From the IMG/VR virus record IMGVR_UViG_3300012943_000005, positions 1 to 58,911 of that record: a DNA stretch of 58,911 nt; one strand, given 5' to 3'. This DNA comes from a virus. Its lineage: Duplodnaviria > Caudoviricetes. This document shows, in pieces, positions 44,378 through 53,275 of the stretch. The notes beneath the pieces were generated by a model, which was not told the origin of the DNA, searched no databases, and was given only the letters and a program-made list of their open reading frames with translations. The translations under genes were made by a program, and so were the position numbers. Positions within the stretch are counted from its first letter, which is position 1; each line of letters opens with the position of its first letter.

Positions 44378-44652
44378 CGGTAGAACCCGTCACCCCACTT
44401 GAGCGGTCGGCCACGACGCTCGTTCTCCGAGCGGGTCATCGCCAGAGCGCGCTTCCTGCTGTGCAGGTGCAGGTCCAGCGCAGCCTGGAAGCGACCCGTG
44501 GCGCGGGCGTCGAAGTAGGCCGCCCGCCACTGCCTGGTCACCTGTTCCTCCAGCACGTCCCACACCCCGCTCAGCCAGACCAGCCGCTGGATCGGGTCGT
44601 GCGGGGCAGCGGAGAAGTCCAGCCGGAGGCCGTCCTCGTGCACGGTGGTCAT
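44374..44652 (-). CDS. Hypothetical protein, lone leftward gene
   Basis: 92 aa, GGAGG RBS. Confidence 0.7.
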   Translation of the reverse strand: MTTVHEDGLRLDFSAAPHDPIQRLVWLSGVWDVLEEQVTRQWRAAYFDARATGRFQAALDLHLHSRKRALAMTRSENERRGRPLKWGDGFYR

Positions 44653-44654
44653 AG

Positions 44655-44682
44655 TTGCGTTGCCTCCTGAATGTACTAAAAT
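44655..44682 (+). promoter_or_regulatory. Promoter of the recombination genes
   Basis: TTGCGT-N16-TAAAAT. Confidence 0.7.
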
Positions 44683-44726
44683 GGTGTACATAAGGCTACC
44701 AAAGTTCACTCACTGCAAGGAGCATC

Positions 44727-45314
44727 ATGCTGACCCGAGCGCAGATCGACCGAATCCTCACCCCTGTTCGACCCGATCGGATCGAGTCCGTACGGGGCAT
44801 GTCGTACGTCGCCCAGCATGAGGTCCGAGCAGAGCTGGCCCGCATCTTCGGGCCAGGCAACATCGACTCCCACGTCCATGACGTTGCCCTGATCTACGAG
44901 GACTCCTACGACAAGGACGGCAAGACCTACTGGAAGGTCTGCTACCGGGCGGCGTGCACGCTGACCATCAAGGACTACGAGGGCAACCCGATCTGCCAGT
45001 CGACCGAGTACCACGCCGAGGAGTGCGCACCCCAGCCCTCGCGTGGCGAAGCCCATGCCCTTGCTCTGACCTCTGTCGAGTCCTACGCCTTGCGCCGAGC
45101 CGCGCTGAACGTTGCTTACGACGCCGTCGGACTACACCTCTACCGAGACGGTCAGCAGACCGCTCTAGTGCGTGGCACCTTGATGCTCACCGACAAGGAG
45201 AGCCCGCTCTACCAGGAGGTCACCGCACCCCCCGTGCCTGAGCAAGTGCTCACCGAGGAGCAGCGCTCCGTGCTGGCCAACAGCCTGGGAGCGAGCGAGG
45301 TCTCGACGCAATGA
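44727..45314 (+). CDS. Rad52/22-family single-strand annealing protein
   Basis: MSYV...EVRAELARIFG...A..LTI...AH..A....ESYALRRAA...GL.LY. Confidence 0.75.
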   Translation: MLTRAQIDRILTPVRPDRIESVRGMSYVAQHEVRAELARIFGPGNIDSHVHDVALIYEDSYDKDGKTYWKVCYRAACTLTIKDYEGNPICQSTEYHAEECAPQPSRGEAHALALTSVESYALRRAALNVAYDAVGLHLYRDGQQTALVRGTLMLTDKESPLYQEVTAPPVPEQVLTEEQRSVLANSLGASEVSTQ

Positions 45315-45487
45315 GTGTCACCGCCCCGCGCGACACTGAGGAGAGGCCGGTCTGCTCGGCGTGCCGCGACGGCGAGCACGGCAAGTGCAACACCGCGGCC
45401 TGGAGTGTTATCCGGGATAAGCCAGGACCGTGCTGGTGCTGGGTGTACAACCACGAAGGAGCGACCAGTGGATTTACAGCTGCTTGA
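45311..45487 (+). CDS. 58-aa Zn-binding peptide
   Basis: CSACRDGEHGKC...CWC...H; ATGA overlap. Confidence 0.55.
   Translation: MSVTAPRDTEERPVCSACRDGEHGKCNTAAWSVIRDKPGPCWCWVYNHEGATSGFTAA
45408..45420. repeat. Palindrome with 1-nt spacer, TTATCCGGGATAA
   Basis: 47 nt upstream of the exonuclease start. Confidence 0.75.
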
Positions 45488-46445
45488 GCAGACGCCGGCG
45501 CGGGCCATGACGCCCGAGGAGGCAGCGACCGCCAAGGACTTCTACGCCGCCATCCAGGCGATGACCAACAACACCGAGCGCAGCCTCCAGGCCAGCGCCC
45601 GCAAGATCGGGGTCTCTGAGCTTGGCTTCTGCTCCGAGAAGCTGCGCCGCATCCTCGACGGCCAGACGGCCGAGGAGCGGGACAAGACCGCCGCCTTCGT
45701 CGGCACCGCGCTAGGGGACCACATCGAGCAGGCTGCACTCGCCGCCTTCCCGCACTACATCCGCCAGTCCGAGGTGGCCATCACCCTGCACGGGGACCAG
45801 GGCACCTTCACCATCGGTGGGCACCCGGACCTGGTCGACCCCAAGGGCGTGGTGTTGGACGTGAAGACCGCGAACGGGCTGCGGATCATCCAGCGCACCG
45901 GCCCCTCCCAGCAGCAGCAGTTCCAGCGGCACTGCTATGCCAAGGCCGCGTACCAGGCGGGCCTGTTCCACGACACTGTTGCTCTGGAGGACGTGCAGGT
46001 CGGCAACGTCTGGTTCGACCGCTCGGCCGAGGAGCACGAGCCCTATGTGCAGATGGAGCGTTACGACGAGCGGGTCGTGCAGGCTGCCACCGAGTGGCTG
46101 GACGACGTGGTCTACGCCTTCCGGCACGGCGAGGAGGCGCGCAAGGAGCCGCCGATCGCGATGTGCGCCAAGACCTGCGGCTTCTTCCTGGACTGCCGGG
46201 CGGGTAGGGGCGGACCCCAGGGGCTGCTCGACGACACCGAGACGCTGGCTGCCGTCGACATGTACCAGGAGGCGCTCACCCTGGAGCGAGAGGCGCGGAA
46301 GCTGAAGAACCAGGCCAAGATCGCGCTCAACGGGGTCGAGGGGTCGACCGGGCACTACACCGTGCAGTGGACCAAGGTGAACGGCGGGCCGGTCTCCTAC
46401 TTCCGGGAGCCCTACCTTCGCTTGGACGTACGGAAGTTACGATGA
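45468..46445 (+). CDS. Cas4-like / PD-(D/E)xK exonuclease
   Basis: IGVSELGFC...GTA...GHPD...DVKT...Q...Y...C...C.F...C. Confidence 0.85.
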   Translation: MDLQLLEQTPARAMTPEEAATAKDFYAAIQAMTNNTERSLQASARKIGVSELGFCSEKLRRILDGQTAEERDKTAAFVGTALGDHIEQAALAAFPHYIRQSEVAITLHGDQGTFTIGGHPDLVDPKGVVLDVKTANGLRIIQRTGPSQQQQFQRHCYAKAAYQAGLFHDTVALEDVQVGNVWFDRSAEEHEPYVQMERYDERVVQAATEWLDDVVYAFRHGEEARKEPPIAMCAKTCGFFLDCRAGRGGPQGLLDDTETLAAVDMYQEALTLEREARKLKNQAKIALNGVEGSTGHYTVQWTKVNGGPVSYFREPYLRLDVRKLR

Positions 46446-46556
46446 CGTGCCTCACCCCGGTCCCGGCCGGTTGGGCTACGGTCCTCCGGCATGACAGTTG
46501 CGGCCATGATGGCGTCCTCTCTGGTGGCGCTGGCCGGGGTGGGGTTCGATAACGAG

Positions 46557-46877
46557 ATGACGAATCATCGCGTGCATTTCGCGGGCCTGGGGGACACCCT
46601 CCAGGCCCGTTGCTCGTGCAAGCAGAAGTCGCCGATCGGGACCCGATCCGACGTCGAGGCGTGGAAGTACGAGCACGAGCAGATGGTGCAACGGGTCCGG
46701 GCTCACCTGGGCACCCGCAACCCCACGCTGAAGACCACCGCAGCCTGGTTCGAGGCTCAGGCGGCCAACCCCGACGTCGACCCCGAGGACCGGGTGTTGT
46801 GGAAGCAGCTGGCCGAGGAGACCGGTGCGTACATCGCGCGGAAATCCACTCTGATGGAGCAGGACCCACTGTTTTAG
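46557..46877 (+). CDS. Hypothetical protein
   Basis: H.V...ARCSC...W...H Zn-like motif; stop inside a palindrome. Confidence 0.65.
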   Translation: MTNHRVHFAGLGDTLQARCSCKQKSPIGTRSDVEAWKYEHEQMVQRVRAHLGTRNPTLKTTAAWFEAQAANPDVDPEDRVLWKQLAEETGAYIARKSTLMEQDPLF

Positions 46878-46887
46878 CCGGGGATAA
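46874..46887 (+). repeat. Junction palindrome TTAGCCGGGGATAA
   Basis: At the point where the two genome arms converge. Confidence 0.9.
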
Positions 46888-46895
46888 GCGCAGCC

Positions 46896-47822
46896 TCAGT
46901 AGAGGATCGCCAGCATCACACCAGAGACCGGCGTACCGGCGAGCACTGTGCCGTCGGCGATCCGGTACGCCGTGGCCACCACCTGGTTCGACACGGGGTT
47001 GAGCACGGCCTTCCAGCCGATCGAACCCGACTCGGTCAGCTGGACGGCCAGTACCCCCGAAGCCCCCGCCAGGTCGGTGCTGTCGAGCACCTCGAAGACC
47101 CCCAGACCATCGGTGGTGTCGGTGATCTGCTTGGTCATCACCGTCACCGGCAAGCCCGGGGTGTACGGACCCGACAGTGCCAGGAACTCGCCGCCGACAG
47201 CGTTCCAGGTTGTCTGGTTCGGCAGCACCGACCAGACCGTGCCGTTCCAGTAGTTGATGACGCCCGGGTTGGTGTCGAGCACCGTCAGCTGGTTCAACGT
47301 CGGGGTCGGGATGGCTGTCGCTCGGGCCGCTGTGTCGACGAAGCGCTGGACCATCGACGCGAGGCTGGCGTCGGTCAGCCCCAGTCCGGCCGGGAAGGTG
47401 GCCAATCCTCGTGAGGGCGCGGGCAGAACGGCCAGGGGGGTTCCCGCCGAGCCGTCGCCATCCAGCGAGGTGTTGTGCAGCACCGAGCCGGCCGCTGCGG
47501 TCGTCGGTGGCTGCGGCACCCATCGGCTCAACGTGGCGTTCCAGGCCAGTACCTGACCGTTGGTGGGCGCTGGGGCCTGCACGTCGGGCAGATCGTCCAG
47601 TTGGGCCGTCGAGGTGAATGACGTCTCCAGCGTGTACGGGTCGGCGGTGGAGCCGTCGCCGTCGACGACGACCGTGAACGTCTTGTTGGTCGAGGACCCG
47701 AGATTCAGGTCAACATCCAGGATGAAGGGGTCGGACGGCTGCCCGGACCCGGTGATCTCGACCGCCCCGTGACCGATCAGCTGGCAGGAGCACCCGCTCG
47801 AACCGCAGCAGCCCTTAGCCAT
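46896..47822 (-). CDS. Minor tail protein with Cys-rich N-terminus
   Basis: MAKGCCGSSGCSC...GSGQPSDPF; NGQVLAWN; last gene of the tail module. Confidence 0.75.
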   Translation of the reverse strand: MAKGCCGSSGCSCQLIGHGAVEITGSGQPSDPFILDVDLNLGSSTNKTFTVVVDGDGSTADPYTLETSFTSTAQLDDLPDVQAPAPTNGQVLAWNATLSRWVPQPPTTAAAGSVLHNTSLDGDGSAGTPLAVLPAPSRGLATFPAGLGLTDASLASMVQRFVDTAARATAIPTPTLNQLTVLDTNPGVINYWNGTVWSVLPNQTTWNAVGGEFLALSGPYTPGLPVTVMTKQITDTTDGLGVFEVLDSTDLAGASGVLAVQLTESGSIGWKAVLNPVSNQVVATAYRIADGTVLAGTPVSGVMLAILY

Positions 47823-47840
47823 GGTCTCCACCTCTCGTTG

Positions 47841-48842
47841 TCATGCTCGAATCACCTTCCCACTCAGACTGGGCAGACGGAACTGGGTGCCCGTCTCGCC
47901 ACCGGTGTTCCACCGGGTGCCGATGGCGTTGAACAGGTCCGGGTAGGACACCTGCGACAGCACCTGGCCACCGCAGTAGAACCATCCGTTCGGAGCCGAG
48001 GTGGCCGCCGCCGGGCTGGGGGCCGACGCCACCGGCAGGATGCCGCCGAACGAGCCCGTGGCCCCCGAGGCGTAGTCGACGGTGCCACCGAAGGACGTGA
48101 TCGAGAGCTGCCGGGTGTTGGCGTAGACGTTGTAGTGCGCCATCCGGCCCTCCTGACCCGAGGACAGTGCGTTCTGCTGAGACAGCAGGGTGTAACTGCT
48201 GCTGAGTGTGGCCAGCAGGGTGTTGGCGGCGTCGCCGGAGGCGGGGAAGGTGATCGCCGCGCCGGTTCTGGTCCACTCGACGTCGGTGTAGATCAGGTTG
48301 TCCGCCACCCGCCGGGTCTCCTGCCGGGTGATCGTGAACCCCGTGGCCTGGGTCCACGCCGAGGTGTCGTTGCTCCCGCTGTAGGGACCGGCAGTGCTGC
48401 CGCCGTAGTCGCTGATGATGCCCGGCGGGGTGCCGTCCTCCAACCGCCACAGTGACCACTGCCGAGGGGTGTCGGGACTCGCAGTCCAGAACTTGCGCAC
48501 GTAGACCGGACGCGGCCACGCCGTGTCGCTGGTCGGCCCGGCGTACTCACTCACCCGCTCGATGCCGTTCCCGGCATCAGTGGTCAGGCTGTAGCCGATC
48601 CAGTAGCGATCCTCGATCGGCTGATTGAACGCTCCCGGCTCGGTGTACCAGAACCCGTTGAACAGCGTCTCGTCGGCGTTCCAGTCCTCCAGCCGGATGC
48701 AGTGCGGGCCGATACCCGGGCCGAGGATGTCGGAGGCGGTACGCACCTGGGGTCGCCGCTCCTCGTGCAGCAGGCGCTTCTCGACACCACGGAGGTAGTC
48801 CTCGCCGTCGATCGCTGTCCGCCAGTTCACCGATCCGCCCAA
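47841..48842 (-). CDS. Minor tail protein with a split tail-collar domain
   Basis: PPGIISDYGG ... APNGWFYCGGQ.LS...YPDLFNAIGT...FRLP. Confidence 0.75.
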   Translation of the reverse strand: MGGSVNWRTAIDGEDYLRGVEKRLLHEERRPQVRTASDILGPGIGPHCIRLEDWNADETLFNGFWYTEPGAFNQPIEDRYWIGYSLTTDAGNGIERVSEYAGPTSDTAWPRPVYVRKFWTASPDTPRQWSLWRLEDGTPPGIISDYGGSTAGPYSGSNDTSAWTQATGFTITRQETRRVADNLIYTDVEWTRTGAAITFPASGDAANTLLATLSSSYTLLSQQNALSSGQEGRMAHYNVYANTRQLSITSFGGTVDYASGATGSFGGILPVASAPSPAAATSAPNGWFYCGGQVLSQVSYPDLFNAIGTRWNTGGETGTQFRLPSLSGKVIRA

Positions 48843-48845
48843 GAC

Positions 48846-51800
48846 TCAGCCCTCCCCCCCAGTGACGTCCGCATCCGGGTCGTTGCCACCGTTGGGAGCC
48901 GGCGAGAGCACCACGTTCACCGTCTCACCCGACTCGGTGACGTCGACGCTGACCGAGTCCAGTTTCTGCCACTGGAGCACCTCGCGCGGGGTGTTGATGC
49001 TGCGCAGTGGCATCCAGACGCCGGGAATCAGCTGCTGGAACCCGATCGGCACGTTCGGGTTCAGTGTGGAGTTGTCCGGGATGCGCACGACCAACGGGGC
49101 GGGCCAGCGATGAGCGATGTTGCGCTCCGCCTGGCCCGTCAGGGCCTTCTCCAGCTTGTCCTGGGCATCTGGTGTCAGGATCTCGGTGCTGGCGGCACTG
49201 GAGTCGCTGTAGGAGGACGCCAGTTGCTCGATCGGCCCGTACGGGTCGGTCTTCGCCTCCACCTCCGTCGTCCCGGCCACCCCGGCACCGTTGGTGACGG
49301 CGAAGAAGGTGGCGAGCTGCATCCCGTACTCGGTCACGATCGGGTGGTTGTTGAAGTCGCCGTCCCGCAGCTCCGGCAGTCGCCCGATGGCCTGGTGGGT
49401 GTCCCACAGCAGGATGCGACGTCCCACCGTGGTGTAGTCGAGCCCAGCCGTGGCCGCCAGGTCGTCCACCTCCTCCCAGACCGTCCTGGACCAGTTCGCC
49501 ACCACCCGGGTCTCCTTCGCATCGCTCGGGTAGTTGATCGTGGTGAGGTAGTCGAGCACATTCGGGTCATAGGGGGCCAGTCCCTGGATCAGCAGCAGCG
49601 CAGCCCGCTCGACCACGCTCATCAGACCGATGTACTGCTCCGGGGTGGAGCCACTGGCCTTCGCGATCAGTCGGTAGGTGTCGTTGTAGCCCTGGCGCAT
49701 GATCCGGCGGTAGGCGTAGGCCATCACGTCCTTGGCCTCGAACTCCACCGAGTCTACCGAGTACCCGATCCGGGTGATCGGCCCCTCCCAGACCCGCACG
49801 CCGTCGCGGAACAGCACCATCTCGTGCATCCAGGTCCGGGTCGCACCGTACAGCTGGCCGCAGTCGGCCGAGTAGCCGTTGGTGAAGACCGTGGCCGAGG
49901 AGATGTCGTCCCGGAGCCGGGTGAAGGTGAGCCGGGTGATCGGCTCGATCTCGCCGAGCAGGCGTTGACCTCCCTGCTGGTAGATGAAGGCTCGGTAGGT
50001 ACCGCAGCCCAGGGACCCACCGGGCACCGTGATATCCGCCAACGGCTGGTCGGTGACCGCCGACCCCGGGGCGTTGATGGCGTAGAACTGGAACGAGTCC
50101 GACCAGCCTGAGGCTGTTCCCGACGGCGAGTCGTAGGTGCGGACCTGCCACTCGTAGGTGTATCCACCGATAAAGGTGCCGGCGGGGCGCGGCCAGGCCG
50201 AAGTGCCGCCTGGGACCCCGGGGGACACCACCCCGTTGAGAGTGACCCAGCCACTGCTGGGGTCCAGTGACGGGGCCTTGCCCGAGGTGACCAGCTTGGT
50301 CTCCCCGAGCACGCGGTAGCGCAGATCGGCCTTCTTCTGGGAGTCCTTGGTGTCGGGATCGACAAACCGCCAGGTGAAGGTGTGATCCTCGGTGACGTCC
50401 ACCGCGGTCTTGTTCCCCGGGGCGAGCAGGACCGGCGGTGAGTCGCTGGACTGGGACCGGAAGGTGGAGAGCAGTGACCAGGTGCCCCAGACGCCAGCGG
50501 CCTGGTCCTTGGTGCGGACCTGCCACTCCCAGAAGTAGTTCCCGGCGAAGGTCCCCGGATCGAAGGTCCACGTGTTCTTGGCCGACGACGGAGGCCCGAC
50601 CACCTTGGAGGTGTTGATCCCGCCGCTCTTGCTGATCTTGGTCCAGGCCCCAGCCGCTGTGGTCGAGGTGGCCGCCTTGCGGTACCAGATCTCGAACCCT
50701 GACTGGTAGTCGGCCACGTCGGGGTCGTTGTGCGTCCAGCCGAACACCGACGACGACAGCGAGGGCAGCGTCATTCCCGAGGACAGCCCGTTGACCGTCA
50801 GCCCGGAGGGGGAGGTGGGGGCTCGGTCGGTCCAGAACGAGAATCCTGAGTAGCCGGTGGAGTAGAGCTTCTTGGCGTCCTGGGCGTAGAGCCGGACGTA
50901 GTAGAGCGTGTTCTTGGCCAGTCCGGAGATGGTGACCGAGACGTCCTTGCCGTCCTTGTCGTACTTCACCCAGGCCGAGAAGACCTGCTTGTAGGTGCTG
51001 AACTTCGAGTCGGCAGACCAGCGCACCAGCATCCGCACGTTCTGCTTGTTCGTGTCGATCAGGTTGGCCGTGATCTTCACCGAGCCGGTCGACTTGGTCA
51101 GCATCGCGTTGGTGACCGCAACTCCGTTGAGTCGCACGTTGCGCGGCACCGTCGGCGGCTGATTCTTCGGCGGTGGAGCGACCCAGGTGATCGAGACCGA
51201 GCCGTTGCCGGTGCCACCGCCACCCTGGGTGTTCGCCGCGCCGGTCAGGCCGCCGGTGAACGACGAGCCACCGCCACCGCCACCGCCGGGAGCCTGGCCA
51301 CTCGCCCCCGCTCGACCGCCGCCACCGCCGCGCAGGCCACCACCGCCACCGCCGCCACCGGCACCGCTACCCGAGGGTGGGGTGCCACCCACCCCGCCGG
51401 TCGAGACCGTGGCGTCCTTGGCACTGCCTCCGTTGTAGTCCACCCCCACCGGAGAGCGACCGCCGTTACCGCCCTGGTACTGCGTCCCGCCGGTTGCCAC
51501 CCCTTCGACGGTGAGTCCGCCGGCCAGCTGGCCGTCAGCACCGGAGAGGCCACCACCTGCGCCGCCTCGTCCGCCGTCGCCCGAGTCGCCGCCCGCACCA
51601 CCCGCGACCGCCCGCAGTGTGCCGCTGGAGGAGCCGATCCTGATGGCTGAGTAGCCACCACCGCTGTAGCCGCCCTGTTGACCGCTCTTGCCCGAACCAC
51701 CCGCGCCGCCACCGCCGGAAGTGGCACCACCACCGGCGGTGCCCATGTTGGCCTTGCCCGCCTGGCCGACGTGACAGTAGATCCGCTGCCCGGCCTTGAC

Positions 51801-51935
51801 TGCGAGTTTCCCGGTCACCCGCCCGCCGGGGCGTGAGCCCGAGCCAGCACCGTCCAGGCTGACGGTGATCGACTTGACATCCTTGGGGACGACCCAGGAC
51901 GACCAACCGATCTTGGTGAAGCCAACCGAAGGCAT
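48846..51935 (-). CDS. Large minor tail / baseplate hub protein with Gly-rich and FN3-like domains
   Basis: 1029 aa; poly-Gly domain; repeated WQVRT strands; VWEGPI hub motif. Confidence 0.8.
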   Translation of the reverse strand: MPSVGFTKIGWSSWVVPKDVKSITVSLDGAGSGSRPGGRVTGKLAVKAGQRIYCHVGQAGKANMGTAGGGATSGGGGAGGSGKSGQQGGYSGGGYSAIRIGSSSGTLRAVAGGAGGDSGDGGRGGAGGGLSGADGQLAGGLTVEGVATGGTQYQGGNGGRSPVGVDYNGGSAKDATVSTGGVGGTPPSGSGAGGGGGGGGLRGGGGGRAGASGQAPGGGGGGGSSFTGGLTGAANTQGGGGTGNGSVSITWVAPPPKNQPPTVPRNVRLNGVAVTNAMLTKSTGSVKITANLIDTNKQNVRMLVRWSADSKFSTYKQVFSAWVKYDKDGKDVSVTISGLAKNTLYYVRLYAQDAKKLYSTGYSGFSFWTDRAPTSPSGLTVNGLSSGMTLPSLSSSVFGWTHNDPDVADYQSGFEIWYRKAATSTTAAGAWTKISKSGGINTSKVVGPPSSAKNTWTFDPGTFAGNYFWEWQVRTKDQAAGVWGTWSLLSTFRSQSSDSPPVLLAPGNKTAVDVTEDHTFTWRFVDPDTKDSQKKADLRYRVLGETKLVTSGKAPSLDPSSGWVTLNGVVSPGVPGGTSAWPRPAGTFIGGYTYEWQVRTYDSPSGTASGWSDSFQFYAINAPGSAVTDQPLADITVPGGSLGCGTYRAFIYQQGGQRLLGEIEPITRLTFTRLRDDISSATVFTNGYSADCGQLYGATRTWMHEMVLFRDGVRVWEGPITRIGYSVDSVEFEAKDVMAYAYRRIMRQGYNDTYRLIAKASGSTPEQYIGLMSVVERAALLLIQGLAPYDPNVLDYLTTINYPSDAKETRVVANWSRTVWEEVDDLAATAGLDYTTVGRRILLWDTHQAIGRLPELRDGDFNNHPIVTEYGMQLATFFAVTNGAGVAGTTEVEAKTDPYGPIEQLASSYSDSSAASTEILTPDAQDKLEKALTGQAERNIAHRWPAPLVVRIPDNSTLNPNVPIGFQQLIPGVWMPLRSINTPREVLQWQKLDSVSVDVTESGETVNVVLSPAPNGGNDPDADVTGGEG

Positions 51936-53248
51936 CAGGCGATCCGCGATACCAGGAGCATGTCGACGACCGGCTTGGCCGTCTGCTGCTGCGGCATGTC
52001 GATCGTCACGACGTAGCCGAAGCCGCAGGAGAACTCGGGCCAGTCCATCGGCCTGCCCGAGGAGTCGGTCGCCAGCGAGTCGGCCCGCCGCCGGCCGATC
52101 CCCGCGCTGTCGATGTAGATGTCACGGTCGGCCCCGTCCAGCACGAGCGTCGAGGACGGCGGGAGGTAGGAGATCACGATGTCACCGCAGTAGTTGCACG
52201 GGTCGCTGTTGGGGTCACCCGTGCCGAAGACGTCGGCGTAGAACCGCAGCCGGACGTTCCGCGCCTCCTCGGCCTTCGTGGACAGCTTGATGATCGGCAC
52301 CACCTGGTCCCACAGCGGGATGAACTGTGCTGGCAGGGTGAAGAAGTACCGCATGTAGTTGGCCGGGAAGCTGAAGCAGGTGGGCACGATCGTGGGGACG
52401 TCCGGCGGTGGGGCGAGCAGGTCGCAGGTCGGGTCGTAGACCGGCGTGTAGACCGCCACCGGACAGGCGTCGTCGCTGTCGACGTGACCGAAGTAGTCGT
52501 AGACCCCGCCCTCGGGGATCACGCCCCCGGCGTAGGGCACCTCCACCGCGGGGTCCAGGAAGCCGACCACGAACGGGAGTTCGACCCCGAACTCGGCCGG
52601 GTTCGCAGCCACCATCGTCCAGGTCACCGACCAGGCACAGCCACCGTCGGTCATGGCCATCTTCTGGGTCACCACCGGCCCCACCGTGGTGGTCACGTCG
52701 TGCAGCTGACGACCCACCTTGGCGTAGCAGTCCGTCGCAGACTCCTCGCACGACTCGTCCACACAGGGGGCGCAGCTCAGGTAGCACAGGTCAGCCCCAC
52801 CGCAGACCCCGTAGTCGGGGGAGAAGCACGGTCCTGAGGTCAGCGCCGTGCGGAGCCATCGCAGCCCGTACTCGACCGCACACTCGCTCGCTCCGACCAG
52901 GACAGCGGAGAACACCGCCGTGCGGGTCTTCCGGCGCGGCTTCTGGACGTAGCCGCCGTCGACCACCGACTCGACCACCACACCCTCGACGGTGGAGTCC
53001 TCCAGGCCCTCGATGTTCAGCGGGTAGACCCCCCAGAAGTCGTAGGAGTCCAGCCGGTCGGGATCGGTCCAGGGAGCCTCATCCTGCAGCGGCGAGGTGT
53101 AGTCGGACTCCCCGAGCAGCCAGGGCAGGTCGCCCTCGCCGTAAGCAGCTCTGAACCAACCCACGTCGAAGTGGCGACAGTAGCTCTCGACTCGGGTGCT
53201 GTTGATCACCTCGGTGCCGTTGAACATGAAGTAGCCCGGCCACGCCAT
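51935..53248 (-). CDS. Minor tail protein (distal-tail-like)
   Basis: 437 aa directly after the tape measure; GYF.FNGTEVIN..R and APW.DP. Confidence 0.75.
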   Translation of the reverse strand: MAWPGYFMFNGTEVINSTRVESYCRHFDVGWFRAAYGEGDLPWLLGESDYTSPLQDEAPWTDPDRLDSYDFWGVYPLNIEGLEDSTVEGVVVESVVDGGYVQKPRRKTRTAVFSAVLVGASECAVEYGLRWLRTALTSGPCFSPDYGVCGGADLCYLSCAPCVDESCEESATDCYAKVGRQLHDVTTTVGPVVTQKMAMTDGGCAWSVTWTMVAANPAEFGVELPFVVGFLDPAVEVPYAGGVIPEGGVYDYFGHVDSDDACPVAVYTPVYDPTCDLLAPPPDVPTIVPTCFSFPANYMRYFFTLPAQFIPLWDQVVPIIKLSTKAEEARNVRLRFYADVFGTGDPNSDPCNYCGDIVISYLPPSSTLVLDGADRDIYIDSAGIGRRRADSLATDSSGRPMDWPEFSCGFGYVVTIDMPQQQTAKPVVDMLLVSRIA

Positions 53249-53258
53249 CTCCGCCTCC

Positions 53259-53272
53259 TTATCCCTGGCTAA
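53259..53272 (-). repeat. Junction palindrome (TTAGCCAGGGATAA on minus)
   Basis: Adjoins the GGAGG RBS of the 53248 gene. Confidence 0.9.
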
Positions 53273-53275
53273 ACG

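Noticed and set aside
45468-46445. CRISPR-associated cas4
   Set aside because: Stand-alone phage exonuclease paired with a Rad52-like gene; no cas1/cas2 or array
25056-46877. Lysogeny module (integrase and repressor)
   Set aside because: No tyrosine or serine recombinase motifs recognised in any ORF
47815-47828. TTAGCCATGG as another motif copy
   Set aside because: The right half-site is missing; it is explained by the ATG GCT AAG start of the gene
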